From contig CAKSWT010000008.1 in the NCBI GenBank assembly GCA_934512135.1, positions 1,415-25,414 of the forward strand: 24,000 bases of DNA. Reading direction: 5' to 3'. The position numbers and the translations under genes were made by a program. This document shows, piece after piece, positions 22,116 to 24,000 of this stretch. This DNA comes from an uncultured Oscillospiraceae bacterium (GTDB taxonomy: Bacteria; Bacillota; Clostridia; Oscillospirales; Oscillospiraceae). The notes under the pieces were generated by a model, which searched no databases, was not told the DNA's origin, and saw only the letters and a program-made list of their open reading frames with translations. How positions within the stretch are numbered: the first letter of the stretch is position 1; each line of letters begins with the position of its first letter.

Positions 22116-23093
22116 ATGAAGTTATTTGTGTATGGGTATCGACCCTATGACGAGGAAGAGGCCTTCCGCCGCTATGCGGAGCAGTTTGATGTGACGGTTG
22201 GTCTGTGCGAGGAGCAGCCCTCTATGGATAACGCCGCCTTGGCGGAAGGGTATGACGCCATCTCTATCGTCTCTACGGAAATGCCCCAACAGCTGATCGT
22301 CCGGTTTCGGGCGCTGGGCATCCGAATGATTTCCACCCGTACGGTGGGCTACGACCACATTGATCTGAATACCGCCAAAACCGTGGGAATCCATGTGTCC
22401 AACGCCACCTATAGTCCCTGTGGCGTGGCGGATTACACAGTGATGCTGATTCTCATGGCCCTGCGCCGCTGCAAGCGCATCCTCCAGCGGGCGGATATTC
22501 ACGATTTCACGCTGCCGGGAATCATCGGCCGGGAGCTGCGCAGCTGCACCGTGGGGGTTCTGGGCACCGGGAAGATTGGCCGGACGGTGCTGGAGGATCT
22601 GTCCGGTTTTGGCTGTCGGCGTCTGGCCTACAGCCGGACCCCGGACCCGTCCCTGGGGGTGGAATATGTGTCCCTGGATGAAATTCTTGCCCGGTCCGAT
22701 GTGCTGACCTTTCATATGCCCCTAAACGAGGCCAGCTATCATCTCATCGACCACGCCGCCATTGCCAAAATGAAGGACGGGGTGGTGCTGGTGAACACGG
22801 CCCGAGGGGGCCTGATTGAGTCCGAGGCCTTGATCGAGGGGTTGGAGTGCGGGAAAATCGGTGCAGCGGCTCTGGATGTGCTGGAAAACGAGGCGGGACT
22901 GTACCATCAGGATAAGCGCTGGGCGCAGATTCGCCACCGGGCCATGAGCATTTTAAAGGATATGCCCAATGTGATTGTCACTCCCCATATGGCCTTCTAC
23001 ACCCAAGAGGCCATTGATGACATGGTGGGCCACAGCGTGGAGAGCTGCGTGCTGGAGCTCTCCGGCAAGGAAAACCCCTGGCGGGTGGTGTGA
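22116..23093 (+). CDS. D-isomer-specific 2-hydroxyacid dehydrogenase (D-lactate dehydrogenase, VanH-like subfamily)
   Basis: 325 aa from the ATG at 22116 (MKLFVYGY...), with GGGAGG 8 nt upstream. NAD motif [13 protein letters not shown]; catalytic-region motifs NTARGGL and [29 protein letters not shown] and [11 protein letters not shown] resemble VanH-type enzymes as I recall them. The track ORF from 22023 is over-extended. Confidence 0.88.
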   Translation: MKLFVYGYRPYDEEEAFRRYAEQFDVTVGLCEEQPSMDNAALAEGYDAISIVSTEMPQQLIVRFRALGIRMISTRTVGYDHIDLNTAKTVGIHVSNATYSPCGVADYTVMLILMALRRCKRILQRADIHDFTLPGIIGRELRSCTVGVLGTGKIGRTVLEDLSGFGCRRLAYSRTPDPSLGVEYVSLDEILARSDVLTFHMPLNEASYHLIDHAAIAKMKDGVVLVNTARGGLIESEALIEGLECGKIGAAALDVLENEAGLYHQDKRWAQIRHRAMSILKDMPNVIVTPHMAFYTQEAIDDMVGHSVESCVLELSGKENPWRVV

Positions 23094-23106
23094 GAAAGGA
23101 AAGCCT

Positions 23107-23628
23107 ATGAATTATGTCTGTGAGGGCGGCTACCGCTCTTTTGTCTGTCTGGATTTTGAGACCACCGGCCTGTCCGGCCAAAAGGACCGGGTCACGGAGA
23201 TTGGCGCGGTGAAGGTCCGGGAGGGAGAGATCGTTCAGCGATTCTCCACCCTGGTGAATCCGGGCCGGCCCATTCCGCCCCGGGTGGTGGCGCTGACGGG
23301 AATCTCCAACGACATGGTGGAGGATCATCCTAGAATTCAGGAGATTCTCCCGGTGTTTCTGGGATTTTTGGGGGACCTTCCCCTGGTGGCCCACAATGCA
23401 AAGTTCGATTGCAAGTTCTTAGAACGGGATCTGCTGGGTATGGGCCGCAGTATTGAAAATCCTGTGGCGGATACGCTGCAGCAGGCACGCCTCCGCTGCC
23501 CCGGATTGCCCAGCTATAAGCTGAGCTACCTGACGGAGCACTTTTCCATCCCTCTGCGGGATGCCCACCGGGCCTGGTGCGACGCCGAGGCCACGGCGCT
23601 GCTGTATCTGCTGCTCCAATCCGTATAG
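23107..23628 (+). CDS. 3'-5' exonuclease, DEDDh (DnaQ/Pol III epsilon-like) family
   Basis: 173 aa from the ATG at 23107. ExoI CLDFETTG, ExoII VAHNAKFDCKFL, ExoIII HRAWCDAEA. It starts 13 nt after the dehydrogenase stop. The track ORF from 22975 is over-extended. Confidence 0.88.
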   Translation: MNYVCEGGYRSFVCLDFETTGLSGQKDRVTEIGAVKVREGEIVQRFSTLVNPGRPIPPRVVALTGISNDMVEDHPRIQEILPVFLGFLGDLPLVAHNAKFDCKFLERDLLGMGRSIENPVADTLQQARLRCPGLPSYKLSYLTEHFSIPLRDAHRAWCDAEATALLYLLLQSV

Positions 23629-23638
23629 AAAAAGAGAA

Positions 23639-23676
23639 GTCGCGGACTGCCGCCAAATTTGGCGGCAGTCCGCGAC
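23639..23676. terminator. Bidirectional rho-independent terminator (perfect 38-bp palindrome)
   Basis: GTCGCGGACTGCCGCCAAA pairs with TTTGGCGGCAGTCCGCGAC. It is flanked by an A-rich tract (AGAAAAAGAGAA) on the left and GTTTAGTTTCGGTTT on the right, and lies between convergent genes. Confidence 0.8.
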
Positions 23677-23678
23677 GT

Positions 23679-24000
23679 TTAGTTTCGGTTTAGCGTCAGC
23701 GCCCCGGTGGGACAGGTGTGGACACAGGCGGGCAGCAGACCGGCCTCCACCCGGCCGACACAGCCGTCACACTTGAGGATTTTCCCGGTTTCCGGATGAA
23801 AGGAGATTACACCAAGAGGACAGGCTGCTGCGCAGGCCTGACAGCCGATGCACTGGTCGGTGTTCGCCTGGATTAGACCTCGGTCATCCCGGTAGAGACA
23901 GCCGGAAGGACATACCTTCATACAGGCCCCGCAGTGGACGCAGTGGATAAATTGGTAGTTCAGCCCCTGCCCGGTTTCCCCCAGCACCAGACGGCAAAGG
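23679..24000 (-). CDS. 4Fe-4S dicluster domain protein (DmsB/NrfC/HybA-like electron-transfer subunit), C-terminal part; N-terminus beyond window
   Basis: CVHCGACMKVCPSGC, CIGCQACAAACPLG and KCDGC...ACVHTCPTGA are ferredoxin-type cluster motifs. The frame stays open upstream of the GTG at 23987 to the window end (..LCRLVLGE..), so the gene is probably truncated by the window. Confidence 0.8.
   Translation of the reverse strand, partial: LCRLVLGETGQGLNYQFIHCVHCGACMKVCPSGCLYRDDRGLIQANTDQCIGCQACAAACPLGVISFHPETGKILKCDGCVGRVEAGLLPACVHTCPTGALTLNRN

Noticed and set aside
21473-23628. Macro-domain protein plus DEDDh exonuclease as a possible ADP-ribosylation-based toxin-antitoxin (DarTG-like) or anti-phage module.
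   Set aside because: - The macro protein is a plain ~165-aa YmdB-type single domain with its own promoter.
- It is divergent from, not operonic with, the exonuclease.
- No DarT-like or other toxin ORF is adjacent.
- The intervening gene is a metabolic dehydrogenase.

Overview
GC-rich Firmicutes/Clostridia-type chromosomal segment; the taxon is inferred from gene order and protein signatures only. It is mostly housekeeping. Minus-strand block, 1-10.1 kb: the 5' part of a MATE efflux gene, a complete livJ-H-M-G-F branched-chain amino-acid ABC transporter operon, then three poorly characterised genes. These are a stand-alone 2-hydroxyacyl-CoA-dehydratase-like protein, an AEC-family transporter, and a 640-aa cytoplasmic ParB/Srx-like::BMP(PnrA)-like fusion protein. 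Plus-strand block, 10.3-19.8 kb: the conserved Firmicutes cluster nusB, a TsaD/Kae1-like gene, xseA, xseB, ispA, dxs, tlyA, nadK, argR and recN. Many junctions overlap or are tightly spaced. The rest holds a stand-alone tRNA-Ser(GGA), an NSS sodium symporter, a macro-domain protein, a VanH-like D-2-hydroxyacid dehydrogenase with a DEDDh exonuclease, and the 3' part of a 4Fe-4S protein running off the window. I found no CRISPR array, rRNA, transposase/integrase, long repeat or recognisable defence island. The best candidate for something undescribed is the ParB/Srx::BMP fusion with the AEC transporter (7.2-10.1 kb), followed by the orphan dehydratase-like gene; its function cannot be derived from sequence alone. 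A recurring oddity: three strong hairpin-plus-T-tract structures sit directly in front of the RBS of the next co-directional gene (MATE, dehydratase-like, NSS) with no room for a promoter. The ORF track uses alternative start codons, and several N-termini were trimmed to RBS-supported starts. The many long antisense ORFs are GC-bias shadows.
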